In this document: in pieces, positions 12,715-26,126 of the stretch | Numbering within the stretch: position 1 is the first letter of the stretch | Layout of the letters: every line of letters begins with the position of its first letter | Assembly (NCBI GenBank): GCA_036172245.1 | Contig: JAYWIR010000033.1 | Location: forward strand, 806,001-870,000 | Length of the DNA stretch: 64,000 bases | From: Raillietiella orientalis | Lineage: Eukaryota | Direction: 5' to 3' | Made by a program: the position numbers and the translations under genes | Notes under the pieces: generated by a model | What the model was told of the DNA's origin: nothing | The model's input: only the letters and a program-made list of their open reading frames with translations | The model's database searches: none

Positions 12715-12784
12715 GGCCCTGCCGGGATTCGAACCCGCGCCCCCTCGTCGTTTCCGCTGTCGAACCCTTCGCCGCCACAGGGCC
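12715..12784 (-). pseudogene. tRNA-like pseudogene or SINE head
   Basis: Perfect 7-bp acceptor stem GGCCCTG/CAGGGCC, a TGGC A-box start and a perfect GGTTCGAATCCC B-box. The D and anticodon arms do not fold. Confidence 0.55.
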
Positions 12785-13299
12785 GCGCTTGGGCAGGAAG
12801 CCACCGAGGTTCGCGCGCTGTGGTCCAGCCAGAGCCAGGCCGAGAAAGCGATGCTCCTCGGTTGCGTCTCCTCCCTCCCGCCCCCGGGCACAGACCCCGC
12901 CGCAGGTTCATTCCCTCCCGGACTACTCGCTCGCTCGTTCCTTGAAGATGAAGGAACGACATCCCGGGTCAACCCCGTTCTCTCCGAATCCCGCTCCACG
13001 ACTGCCTGACCATGCGCTTCGCCCGACACCAACAGCCAGCCAACCCTTCAAGTAACGCACACATCAGTTCCGTGGTGCACCGAGCATCCGGGCCAGCCTC
13101 TCTGAGCGCACCATCCAATTTCGGTATGGACCCCGAACCCACTCCTCTTCCCAACACCTTCAGCTCGGCCAATGCCTCTTCCTCCTCCCCTTTCCACGCC
13201 CCTGGGAGAGATCCGGAGGAAGCGCGACGGCGGACTCCTTGTCGCGGCGGCTTTTTCGTGTCCATCAGCGAAAAGGCAGCGGCTACGGGCGAGTAGCGC

Positions 13300-14300
13300 C
13301 GTTCGCATCTCGCGGGCCTTCTCTGCCAGATTGGATCGCTCGCGCGCTGCCCAATTCCGCGCGCTACGTGAGCGGGAATGCGCGGAGTCATTTATCTGCG
13401 TGAGCGCCACCCTCCGCCCCAAGGGAAGGGTTCTCGTTCCTGTCAAAAAAAACAGCTACTCCGCTGCTGCTTCGCGCGCGAAACGCGTTCCCGCGGAGCA
13501 GACGGAAGGGGATTGGCTGCCTGAAGCTTCCACATACTGTCCTCCGCTATCCTTTCCTGTGCAGCCCCTCCTGCGCGTGCACGGAAACGCACGGGTGTGA
13601 GGAAGTGTCTACGTGTCGCGCTTCGTTTCGCTCCCGCCTTTCCTTCGTCGGAACAGCAGCAGCGCGCGCTGGCCCACGGGGAAGTTTTGCGGCCATGCAA
13701 GGAGGTCTTCTGCCCGCACTCCCATTTTGCTGCTTTCGGCGCACGACCCGTGCTGACCTCCAGTGTGGGAACGATCCCGGCGCCTCCGTCCCTTCGCGGC
13801 CGCACTCAGAGAGCGCAGCAGTTCTTCCCTCCAAGAATTGGGCGATTCTCTTTCCCTTCCATCAAGGAAACGGTTTCCAGGTTCGTCCTGCTTTCCTTTC
13901 TTTCCTCGGTTTTTCCGTTTTCGCCTCTTTTGTCTGCTCTCATGAGCTCAGAGCTGGCATGTAAAAGAAAAGATGCACATCGGAGTATACCCTGAGCCCC
14001 CTTTCGCTCTCTCGTGGAGACTCCAAGGGACCCAAGGGGCTTGCAGGGCACCAAGGTTTCGCATCAGTTTGGTGGGAAAAACCGAAGCATTTGGCATCCA
14101 TCTCCCAAGTACTTCGTTTTTCGAGAGCCCTTCATCCGATGAAACGTGTGCATCCCATGTTGCAGCGACAGTCCCGAGGATGCAAACGGGCTCCATCTTA
14201 TCTTTCTCCTTAGACGCCGCCCGCGTGTGTTTCATGTCGAACACGCAAGTGCGCACCATAGAAACCAAAGATTTCTAATGCTTTCGGGTACCTTCGTTAA
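13300..14300 (-). mobile_element. piggyBac transposase fossil
   Basis: Ordered motifs FDMKHTR....DKMEP (~RFDD..TR....DKLA), VSSDEGL (~VTVDEQL), PILGGKN (~GRN), TLEVSTGR (~TLVGT.R), HSRSRSARNW (~YS.SR..RRW). Frameshifted; no TIR/TTAA recognised. Confidence 0.6.
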
Positions 14301-14925
14301 AATGGCAGGAACTTTTCAACGTAGAGCCAACAACGGCGCGAACATGACTTTGGTCATCCCGAAAGGTGCGAGATGACTCGCAACATCTCTCACCGGTCGT
14401 TTACTGGCTTTGTTCGTTGAAAAAACCTGTCGAGGGACCGCGAAGAAGTGGCAAGGCGGCGACTTTTGTCCGTGGTCGCTGCACGAAGTGCATTTTTTCG
14501 TGGGTCCACAAGTAAACCGTCGGATGGGCTCAGATTATGCAACACCCTGCATAACGTCATTTCCGCTCGGTTTGGCAACATTTTCCGCAATAATTGTTTG
14601 GAAAATCAAATACTTATACATTTATAAGTGTGCTATTATTGGGTCTTATGGCAGTCTACTTGGTGGAATGTACACCAAATATATGTACTTTTTTTATTTA
14701 TTTATCAAGGTGTGATATTCAAACGTTGCAACTATTTGGAGGTTGGGTGGAGAAAAATTCTTTCCTATACTAACACGAGACAACATATGTCATCCTGATT
14801 TATTAAATTGTACAACAGTAGTGTCAATGGAATCATTCTGCATGTTTTGATCTTTTACAATTTATGATACACAAAGCTATCAAAAATTAGGAAAATGAAA
14901 GTCTTCATTCAGAATCTTGTACTGT

Positions 14926-17900
14926 TCAAAATCTGGCACGCACATATACAGCAGAAACATCATGCTGCCCATATCCAATTCGTTTTGCATGCTTGTAAAT
15001 TTCATTTGCCGTCCCAGTTAAGAATAATGGGTGTTCCAACTGATCTCCCACTGCCAAGGCCAATTTCAAGTCCTTCTGCATGTGCTGAAGGGGCAAATGA
15101 GTAGGAAATCCACCTTCAATAATAGCTGGATTAAAAAAATAACAGCATTTACAATTCACTTCAACTATCGTCACATCACCTCTGCCTTTTTCCAACAAAA
15201 GTTTGCTTGTAAGAGGTGTCAGCTCTAAAATTTCAAGAACATCTTTTTGTGCTAATCCTGCACGATCTGCCAGTGCTAACCCTTCTGCTAATGCAGCCAA
15301 GGTTACCCCATTGATCAGCTGAAGAACCAAATTCATTTTGGATGCATTCCCAACTTCTCCTGAACATGCAAAGTAAATTGAAAGCAGAAACTCGTATAAT
15401 TTTTTGTACCAACAAAAAAGGAACTAAGACTCATTGCTCGAAAGCATGTCTGACAATCATCAAACAGACTTCTATCACCAGCTGCTAAAATCACTAACGT
15501 TCCTTCTTCTGCCTGCAACTTGCTACCTTGAATCTGTGCTTCAAGGTATCTACCACCTACTCCTTTAATTGCCTAGCAGAAACATTTTTTTAATACCAGC
15601 TTGGATTGGTTTTGGGCTCACATCTGAAATATCCTGTGAGGTATCGGCATCTATGCTGGTCATTTCAATGTATGCTTTGGAGGCAGTAATTTCTTGTAAT
15701 ACACCACAGTTTCCGAACACAATCTATTGTACATTACACACACAGAAAAAATGATCAATAATTACCTCCTTTGCAACCTGAGGGTCAGAAACACATGAGA
15801 ATACAATATCTGAGGCTTGCACTACATCAGAAGGAGTCAAGCCTTGATCAGCTCCAGCTTTCACAAAATCACGACACTGCAAATAATATATAAAGTTTGA
15901 ACACCAAGAATTACACAAGGATGATCATAATGCAATCAGCAAAAATAGTAGCTGTTAGACTGCAAAAAGGAAAAATGCAAGGAATGGCACTTCTGATTTT
16001 GAAATTTGCATAAAAAAGTGCCACAACAGCATACTATGCTAATAGAAAAATGGTAAAAATGCATGCAATCTCCCTAAATACTCTTATGATGACAGCCAAC
16101 TGGCACCAACTTTGATATATATTGATAAATTTGTTTACTCCTGATAATTTATTATTAAAAAGAAAGGTTTTTTTTTTGAAAAAAAAAAAAAAAGAAAAAA
16201 AAAAAAAATGCGTGAAGAATGCAATAACTCTTGCACAGTAGCGAACAATTCTCAAATACCAGAATGCAAATGACAATCAGAAAACCTTAGATACCAATGT
16301 AAACCCATCTTGCCTCAAAAACCATTACGTGTTGCATACAATTTCTTCCATTAATGTTATATGATTCTATATGAGTGGTCCAATGTTATCATCAGAGCAC
16401 TAGATTAATCAGAATTAACTGTTCTGAAATACCATCCTGATTGAATTGTAGGGTAATCCTGAATTTCAGACAACCCTGATTTTTAGAGGTCACAAAAATT
16501 CACTTTTTTTTTTATCATTATTAACAGATTGAAGTGACCTGTCAACAGCTGTGATTTTTTACTGTTATGATTTCAACAGTGTAAATAAAAACATCGCCTT
16601 ATAATTAGGTGAAGCGATTTTGGACATGGCTTCTAAATGTTTCGGGACCAAAAAGTTCAGTGGCTCTCAAGTGTTCAAACTTGATTATCATTAGCAGAAT
16701 TTCTCAATGCACAGATATTTAACTGCTCTGCTTATTACAGCAACTAGCTAATCCCATAAATACAACATTGCAGTAAATCACCTAACGAGAATTAACCTAT
16801 GACTCTTTTAAAACCCATAAAATAAACAACTGCATTGTAATAACATAACATTTGCTTACCTTTTCTGGTGTTCGATTCCAAACAGTGACATGATGCCCTG
16901 AATTTAGCAGGTTCTTGACAATACCAGATCCCATTATACCAAGTCCTAGAAAACCAAATTTTAATGATGATGGCTGAATATTTTTTGTCCTTAATGTTTC
17001 TGTTACACTTTCAACATCCAAGGGTGGAGTATCCTAATACAAAAATTTCTTGTTTCAATTTATCAAACACTGGTTCATATTCTTACAGATACATGCATTA
17101 GACAAATTAAATTGCTTTCCAATAATCACACACACACACACATTTCTTAACAACACTTGCTTTTTAATTACAGGAATTGAAACAGAAGGCACACAGACTG
17201 ACAGGCAATTATAAATAGAATGTTACACAGCTAAAACAAAAGTCTTTTTTCTTCTTCTTCTAATATCAATTCACTTATTCCTCAAAGAAGGGATAAGAAC
17301 AGCATGCACCATGCAACACAGAATAATTACTCACTGGGCGCACAACACTAGTAGGTCTGGACAATAAATTCTCAACTCCTTGCTTCCTTGGTGTGCTAAC
17401 ATGATTACTATATGTACTATTTAAAGAACTAGTACTGAACAAACTAGAAAACTTATTCGGTGATTCGAAACTTGATCTCTTCTTCTTAGAAGCATTTTGC
17501 TTGTTGTGTAATTGCAAACTGGACCTCTTAAATGAATCAAATTCCTTGAAACCAAAATGTTGCAAAAATAATATGAGTCCAAATACCTTTCCTGAAGACT
17601 TTTTATCTTTTAAAGACTTAGATTCACTGAAGGATTCCCTTAATCTATCAAATGCTTCATTCATGCTGTTGCCTGTACTTGTTTTGTTGAAGGACTGAAC
17701 AATTAGACATATACACAAATATATATGTGTGCAATTAGAAGAAAAATAGATAGAATTTTGGATAAACAGACATGCAATTAGTTATTCAATGGAAATAGTT
17801 TTCACTTAAAAATATTGAAGTAATTCAATAATTAATAATACTTTGGTAATTAAGTTTCATACATTATCAGAAGAGCTTTCCAAAAATGATTGGCAAGCAT

Positions 17901-18970
17901 CAGGGTGGCTTTCAGCATATTTCTCAATAGCTTCAATAGCTTCTCTCAAAGAACCAGTTCGGTTTCCTCTGGTGCAGAGTTCTTTATTTTCAAAGTAAGA
18001 TTTTACAAATTGAGGCTCCAGCCAAGCACTAAAAGTCGTTTAACAGAAAAATAAAATAAAAGAAATACAATACAACTGATTCCTTACTAATTCTCTGTTC
18101 CAAAGAAATACAAACAAATCAATTCCTTCCTTTGAGATGGTTTTTTTATGTCGTCAGGTGGTTCAACTACCTAATATGAATATTATTAATACACATTTTT
18201 GTTAAGTTATGATAAACATTTACCTTTCCAGGCCATGGAGGAAATCCCTTCATCTTGCCCCTGTAGACAAAAGATGTTAGACTACACTGATAAGACTTCA
18301 CACATGACAAAACAATCAAAAAGACGTGTACTCGGTTCCATTTAATTAACAATTTTTAAACCTCCATGCATCAAACAATTTAAAAACATATTTTGCAGAC
18401 GGTATAAAAATTACTTGAAATTAAAAATACACCATAAGTTTGAGTTACACCTTGAGTTTACACCATAAGCAAGCTTTGCAATACTAAAGTAATGAGCACA
18501 GTTATTCAAAACATTCAAAGAAACATTTGTTGAATACTTTTGCACTTTGAATACATAAAAAATTGCAGAAAATTGAAACCTTGTAAATAAACATAAAAAA
18601 CCTGATTTTTAAAAACGCATTTTACAAATTCTACCTACACTTACTTCCGGCTGACTTGAGTAATATCTCACTCCAAACATGCCATTGTGCTCAAAATACT
18701 AAATTTCATCCAAAATCCTCAATCAAATACAATGTGTGATTAAATTCTCAAATCAATATACTAATTACGAATCCTCTAAATACTGCATGCCATATCACAA
18801 GAAAACTAAGGGGGTAACGTATACAGAGCAAAAAGCAATATTCAGATCAAAAACCACATTTGTGCATTCTTGTCTTTCATGAAATCAACACAGGGAAATT
18901 ACAAAGGTTAACTACAAGATATGCAAGTGTTCCTTCTTACTTACCATACTAGAGAACCCGGCTGAAACAT
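14926..18970 (-). CDS. GLYR1: Cytokine-like nuclear factor N-PAC / putative oxidoreductase GLYR1 (PWWP plus beta-hydroxyacid dehydrogenase-like domain), multi-exon
   Basis: MFQPGSLVWGKMKGFPPWPGK PWWP (exons 18970-18945, 18260-18224, 18170-18088), FFGTENYAW, KFGFLGLGIMGSGIVKNLLNSGH Rossmann motif, LAEGLALADRAG, QHMQKDLKLAL, VSAVYVRARF* ending at 14926. Some linker exons not resolved. Confidence 0.95.
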
Positions 18971-19749
18971 CTTTTACACCACTAACTCAACAATTCTAAT
19001 TCATGTCAGAATTTCTCACAGAGGAATCCTTAAACATTTCAAATGTAATTAATATTACACAGAAAGAGAAAAAAAATCAATTTAGTTAATGAAATTACAT
19101 TACTTTGAACTTAATTAATTTGAATTAATTTAGCAAACTTAAAACAATCTTACATAGAACATCAATGTTAACCACACACTTTTTAAACAAGTTGACATAG
19201 TTTACTATTGGCTTCATAACAAATAACGCTAAACAGAGATACCAAGCACTCTTGAAAAAACCTATTTTATATTTATTCAATAAAAAAAAATGCACAAGTT
19301 TTAAAACATTACGCCGTTATCATACATAAATGCATAAAAATTTTCAAAGACTGCTTCATTGATTGCGAATTTATTATTTCTTGATGCAATATGATTTCCA
19401 TATATGCAGTATACGCACACAAAGTATAATGATGATATATATAATATTAATACATATACTTACCATAATACATCATAGAAATAAGGATAAATAATACAAG
19501 GCATATAAAAAATTACTCTCTTACTTTGAAAAATTGAATTTTCCAAGTACTTAATTTTCAGGATAACCTGCTAGCTGGATATATTCCCATATCATGGTTG
19601 CATTTGAAACAGAAGGAGCACATTTGCATTTACTATTTTCAGTTTCAAAGAACTCTACCATTAACGTTCAAATACAGATAGCACTTAGGTTCATATAAAA
19701 ATAACCCATTTGTAATTGATTAAAGAGGTGTCATGCTTTCGGCGTTTCA

Positions 19750-21330
19750 TTTCATTTTTGAAGAATGTATGCAAAAAAATTACTTATAAATTCATACCAG
19801 AGAATTCTAAGGAACGCATACAAAAACGAGTTGATCTTGATCATTAAGCCATTATATATGTAATTTTAAACCATGTTTTCATGATAAATACTTGTTTGAT
19901 TTTGCAATAATTTGGTTTTTGAATGAAAGAGCTAATATGAATGGTGGAAACGCCAATTTCTGGAATCAGTATTTTCAACAAAGCAAAGGTAGAAAATTTT
20001 GTAACTGGAACCCAAAACCAAAAGTATAAATTATTTTTGATGCTGGCAAGATTTTGTTCACAACATTGAATGAAAATTGTTTCAAATCCGTTCTTTCAGA
20101 AGCTGCCAACGGAAATCTCTTGCTTCTGAATATTCGGTTACGTTTTAGTAGTATTTTCGTTGACTCAAATATTGGACTCTCGTCAGAATCTTACTCCTAC
20201 ATTTCAAAGCAACTTTTCTGTTTTGGAATATTTTAAATTCGCATGTTTTAAAATACTGGATTCAGTTTAAATTCAGCTCCATAGGTGCGCCCATACAATT
20301 GCGTTTTCAAAACATGCAATTTCCAATGTATTTCGATAGAAGCGTGGAATATATGTATCTTATTTTGAAGAAAAATAATTCCACCTTCCTTTGATCTTTC
20401 GTTTATTCTATTTATTTGATGTACTTGCAAAATTTCCGTGCAGGCAAATCAGTACGTATTAATCGTGTTGAAAAACCAATTTCAGGTGAAAATTTTCATT
20501 TTCTTAAGGCATAGTAATTTGAACCCACAGCTCCTTAGAAATTACTTTAGAAGATAATCTTTAGAAATGCCCGTTTTTTTAAATACCGGACTCAAATTGC
20601 TGGATTTAGATGAATCCCCACGTGATGCGGTTTCCGTGATTTGTTTCCAGCATCAATGACCACGATCGCTCATGACTCCCCAATACTTTCCTGGGCATCA
20701 GACCAGCTATCATCACAGACCACAAGCAATTTTGTGTCGGAAGGTGATCAATCGTATTTTCCAACAATTCCATTTCGAAATCTAACGTGATAAAAGTCTT
20801 TAGATGGTACTACTATACTACTTACTACTGCCAGGTGTTTTCAATTAAACGCCATTCCGACGGAACAAAAATGGGCACCCATTGACAACCCTCGGTCAAC
20901 TTCAACATAAGGCTGGAAAGTGATCTTTTATCCTCACACTTTGGATTGACTGCAAAACCTCAGAAACGAATCTGTCATTTTGATGATGGCATTTTACAGC
21001 CCAGCAGGAACATTTCAATGCAGTACGAATGCAATTCTTGTGAGTGAAGCGCTAGTTTCTTGCCCTCTGCGAGCATTTCTATGACTGCGAATCCATTCTG
21101 TACCTATGTTTGTATATTTGAGAGCATGAAGACACGCCACAGTGTTTCATTCGACATCCCTAATCCACGCTCACTTTCGTTGGCTGGGAAAGCCAATGAA
21201 ACCGAAAAGCGTGTAGGTGTTTCAACACTTTCTGGAGTGGGCGATACGTTACGAGAGTATTCAGTTATTAATCACAATGCCAGTAGGAGTAAGATTTGTG
21301 TTCTCCTACTGTTCGAAATACTACGAGTTG
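19750..21330 (-). mobile_element. Penelope-like retroelement fossil (RT plus GIY-YIG endonuclease)
   Basis: Ordered degenerate motifs EHK..TP.GIV (~K.HK..P.RPIV), RGLSMGAHF (~GL.MGSP), RFRNGI (~RY.DDI), LKTQLYGRTY (~LK..L..RGY), CKIK.SIY / YNG (GIY-YIG-like). Confidence 0.5.
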
Positions 21331-22676
21331 GTGCACAATAAGCCCTCAAACCTAACCTCATCCTTTCTTTTCTCCTTTCGAAAGCCAAGAAGGGATTCCG
21401 CGTAGGAGATCTGAAGTCACAAATCAGTGTATTTGACTAAGTGTTTTTGAATCACGTGACATATATTATGGGTGCATTCACGTCCCGCTTCAACGGCCAC
21501 TTTTGAATGAGGAATGGATCCCCCGGAATTCCGACTTCACGGGCGCCACCAATCAACATGTCGACGGAACCCGCCTTTTGCTTGAAATCTACCAGTTTAG
21601 TGCCCCCCCCCTCCCCCCTCTTCCAATTTTTGTTTATTTTCATTTTGACGGGGAAGGACTGAAAATCCCCTTCGCCGTGAGCTGCACTTTTATGCACGCG
21701 GTTCCACGCTCCGCAACCACTCTGCTGAGGTCTCAGGGACCGCACTCGGGAACCGTGCAGTCGCACTGCTGAAAGCCAGGCAATCGTTTGTTTGTTTGTT
21801 TGTTTTTTTGTTTTCCTGAGAATTTTCTGAATGATTCATCCTTGGCGTTTAGAAGATTTATTGGAACAATTCTTAAAAAGTATTCTTTCGATTGGCTGAA
21901 CATTCCTGGCGTTATCGTTGCAATTCTGCCAGCACCTCATCGATTTTTCTGAATGTACCGCTCGACTTAAGCACATACAAGAAGGTCGTACAATTTATAC
22001 AAAACGGGCACATTTCACTGGCTTCTGAAGGGGAAGAACTACTACTCGAGTGACGAAAACGCTCGCACCATTTCAGCTTGCCTTGAAGCAAACGTCTCGA
22101 CGGAGATTCATCGTACCATAAATAACGTCCAGCAATTATGGAAGGCAGCTGGAGGAACACTCTCGGGTCGGCCGAAGACTTTTACACACGTGTGATGGGT
22201 GGGCGACAATTCACCCAGCGATTCGTCGGGGAAATTCGTTTAATCTTACGCCAAGAAACCATCTGGCAACAACATACAGCTTCGCGTCTTCCAGATCCGA
22301 ATGCGAAAAGCAGCGCAACAGCTGGGCTTTATTAAGCAAAACAATGGAGAACAATGTTGCTTTAGAATCGACACCTGATAGAAGAAAATTTCGGCGCAAA
22401 AAGGAAAGAAGCGTACCGCAAAACGTCGAGCACAGGGATAATTCTGGGAAAACTCTGAAGAGAATACAAGAAGACATCTTGAACGAAAAAAAAATGGTAA
22501 GAATTTTCTGTTGTATTAATATCTGAATCGTTTCAGGCTCTCCTGAAATCCACTGAAATTGTGCACCTCATACATAAAACTGTTAAATAGAAGGATAGCG
22601 ACGACACCATGATATTGTTGATATATATAAGAATAAATTACATGCTGATGCTAGAGACTAGAGTTTAATCACGTTG

Positions 22677-25600
22677 TCACGAAATGGGTTTCAGCCATAT
22701 CTAAAAAAAAGAAAAAAAAAAAAAAAAACAGTATGTAAAAATGATGATTATTACATATACCTCATTAAGTATTATCCAGTTGGTTAAATTAGAATGAAAT
22801 CTCAGTCGTAAACTTTGAAGGAGACCATACTTCATCACAGATGTGCTTTGTGCTATTCCACTACTATTGAATTTTCCTTAGGAATACATGTGTATTCATC
22901 TGATAGCATTCTACTTACCAACAACATTATATCCATTGGAAGAGATATTCTTTAAAGCATTATCAAAAGTCAATACTTCTACTGTTGCATTATACAAACA
23001 ATCTAAAGGATGTTCAAAATTGCCGCTACGAAATAAATAGCTAAAGAACATTCACATTCATGTTGCAATTAAAGAAAAATTACTCTGTTAAAACTAGTGG
23101 TGACTCAAATTGAAAATTTATTGTATCACCAGCATGGGGGGAAATACCCCAAAAATATCCATCTCCATGATAGGCACTCTCAATAGTATGATGTTGATAA
23201 TGTTGTAGACTGGTATCGACTTTTGCTTTCGGATTTTTATGGGCAAAAAATAAAGGTACCTTGCCAAATTCCTTATCCTACAATTGAACAAAAATCAGTA
23301 AAGATTACAAAAAAGTTTGTCATTAAATTATCAAAAGATGTAAAGTTTCTCACTTTCAGCTTTTGCAGTTTTCCTTTTAGTGAAGAGTAAATACCTACAT
23401 GCTGGAAAAGGGATGGTTTGACATGAATCCATACATTTTTAGATGCCATTGTACACTGTTCCTTTAGAGCCATGAGACAAAGCTAAAATCTTTTTGCCTT
23501 ACTTGCGTCATTGCAGTAGTACACAATTTTGTAGTGATAAATGCTGCTAACAGCCAATCAGGAGGTTTGTCTGCATGAAAAATAATTAGAAAATTCACCA
23601 AAGTAGGCAGATCACTTGAATGGAATAATTTTCCTATGGATCCAGCAAATTTATCCAAAAGTATGGTGACAAAGATTACAAACCAATGAATCCCAACTGG
23701 CAGAAATCCAAAACAAACCAATCCATTTTTCGATTTGCATAACTTGCCTCTCTAATGGATGAAATAAAACCAGGCTTTGTCATAACATCATCTTCTAGAT
23801 GCATATAAAACATTCCACGTTTTGAAGCATACGACATGAGAAAAATAAAATCCAAATTTTGCTTTGTTCTCCACTGTGTTCTTTCCAATGAATCACCCAA
23901 AGTGGGTTTCATGGTTGAAAAGTTTGGATAAAAATACTCAGAAGGAGATATAATTTCTAATAATCCTGTTTCAAAATCTTCATTGAATCTTACATACCAA
24001 TAATGAAAATAGTAAAACTTCCATGTTTACCTCTGTGAAATTTCTGCTACAATACTTAAAACATATTCTGCATCAGTCTGAAAAATCATACAAAATTACA
24101 AAAAAATTCGTAATTTGTTAGTAAGAATAATTCATAAAAACAATGAAAATGTTTCTAAATATTCTGAATCAAAAATTAGATATTTTAGATATCCTACTCC
24201 ACAAAACTTTAATCTGCCAAATTAGATTGTAAAAGTAAATTTCATCTTACATCTCCAACGTAAACAATAATCAGCGCATCTTGTTTTTCATCATGGCTCA
24301 TACCATTAAGTAAACTCTGAAGTGTCATAAAAAGATAGGATTGTGTAACTCTTTTAACAGTGGGAACACCAAAAACAAGTGATGCTGAAAGAGTGATGCA
24401 GACAGACAAATTATTACACAACACAAACCATGTTTTCTATTCTTGGAATGCAAAATGGCTGGAATTGTACTGTTTATATTATCAGCTAAATGTGGTAAAT
24501 AATAAGCCAAATTTGGAACTTGAATTTTTATAACATTTTGAAGGACATGCCAGAAATATTGTTGATGTAACAAAAAATAAGTGCTATTTTTTACAAGACT
24601 CACATTTTGCTTTCGCATTTCTAACAAGGAAAACAAGAGCTACTTTTAAAAGTATTGTCTTCATTATGACATACCACTGAATATCTCATAGGTTAGCTTT
24701 GCCAATAAGTGAAAGTTACTGAACTTTTCCCTTTCCAGTGTTTGCAAGTACTTAATTTTTTCATTTACATTCTCCAGTGCTATTAAAATAGATTTGTTCT
24801 CGCTATCTGAAATAAAAATCCGTACATAATTTTAAAAATTCCTTTCTACAAACAGTATGCACAACACCTTCTACAATTTTGTTATTATAAACTTGCAAAA
24901 GTGAAAGAACCATTTAGTTTGTTTTTCAAAGCTCAATTTTTTGTAATACATGAAGCAAAAACAAACAATGTTCATTCATTTAATCATTCACTGCCTATAT
25001 TGCAGACTCAATATCAAACAGTTGAATTACAGTAATAAAAGCAACAACTTAAAGAGATGGAACAAATATTGGGTCATGTTAATTATCTGTCTTACAAAAT
25101 AAATAAAAGGATGCATTAGTATTTGTGGATACAAAAAACTTTACAAACACTGACTAACAAACAGAAAAGGAAACACTGAACACTGAAAGAAACTTTGAAC
25201 AAATGCAAATAAGTTAAGCAGAATGTTTACATCACAAATTTGCCCACAAGGACTTGGAAATACGACACATTCTGTGTGCTTTCTGAAATGCACTATTTAA
25301 TCCTGAATGTGAATTCCAGCTAGCTTTGAAGTGATGAATAAAACTTGTTTTGTGGCCTGAATGACAGTCTAATCCAGAATATAACTTCACCAACAAATGG
25401 GTTAAAATCATAAACATGGTTTAAGCAAAAGCAACTGCTTCCATACTAAGAACCCTTCCACACAAATATATACGTTTAAACTACATGTAATATATACATG
25501 CTCAAGAAGTTGGCAAGCAAAAAACAGAGGCAAATAACCTAGTTATATGCTCAGGAGATGTCATCACAAACATAATAACCACAAGTCATTGTCAGTAAAA

Positions 25601-26126
25601 CGTAACCTACAACCAAAAACCCTTGTAATGCTTGAAAAAAATAAAAATCAATCAACCAGGTATGCTATGGAAATAATAGATAAATGCACTTTGAATTGAT
25701 CGGTTAACAAAACAATTACGTCAAAATTGTTGGAAGAAAATCTTGGAACACACAATGAACTAATACAGTTAAGTAATATTGTTGAATTCAATGTCTTGGA
25801 ATCCACAGCACTAAAATTTTCAACGATAATATAAAAGCTTACATGGAAATCACTCATATGCAATCACATGCCGCAAGAGTATGAGATAAAAAATTATGCC
25901 ATTCGTATTCTCGAAGAAGCAACCAACTGACTTACAAGGAAAACTGAAACTATATTTTATTTGTCTATCCCACTATATTTGCTGAATTGACGTGCAACGA
26001 CCGCACTCGGCAAAAGGGTCAGCCAACACTTCCTTGCATGCTCAAACTGTTACAAAGAAATACGTTTTTCAAACACTCACCTTTAAACAACAAACAGAAT
26101 ACAATCAAAAGAAACATCACTGCCAT
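22677..26126 (-). CDS. MGAT4: Alpha-1,3-mannosyl-glycoprotein 4-beta-N-acetylglucosaminyltransferase (GT54, GnT-IV A/B-like), multi-exon; start exon inferred
   Basis: LVFGVPTVKR..SYLFMTLQSL, GDSLERTQWRTKQNLDF, YMHLEDDV, DFCQLGFIG, KPSLFQHVGIYSSLKGKLQKLK, ending IWLKPIS*. A signal-anchor exon MAVMFLLIVFCLLFK at 26126-26081 has a GTGAGT donor. Confidence 0.9.

Noticed and set aside
7400..13900. Many long overlapping ORFs (e.g. 8152-9042 +, 10225-11502 -, 12137-13009 +)
   Set aside because: Arg/Pro/Gly/Ala-rich in all six frames, as expected from stop-codon scarcity in GC-rich DNA. Only the FUZ exon segments have recognisable homology.
20250..20310. GRTYGAEFKL as a pogo/Brinker DNA-binding motif
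   Set aside because: Its position between RT and GIY-YIG-like remnants fits the Penelope L..RGYP motif better.
21860..22330. Possible GIN/Gypsy integrase N-terminal remnant
   Set aside because: Only vague similarity (YKKVVQFIQNG) with multiple stops; not supportable.
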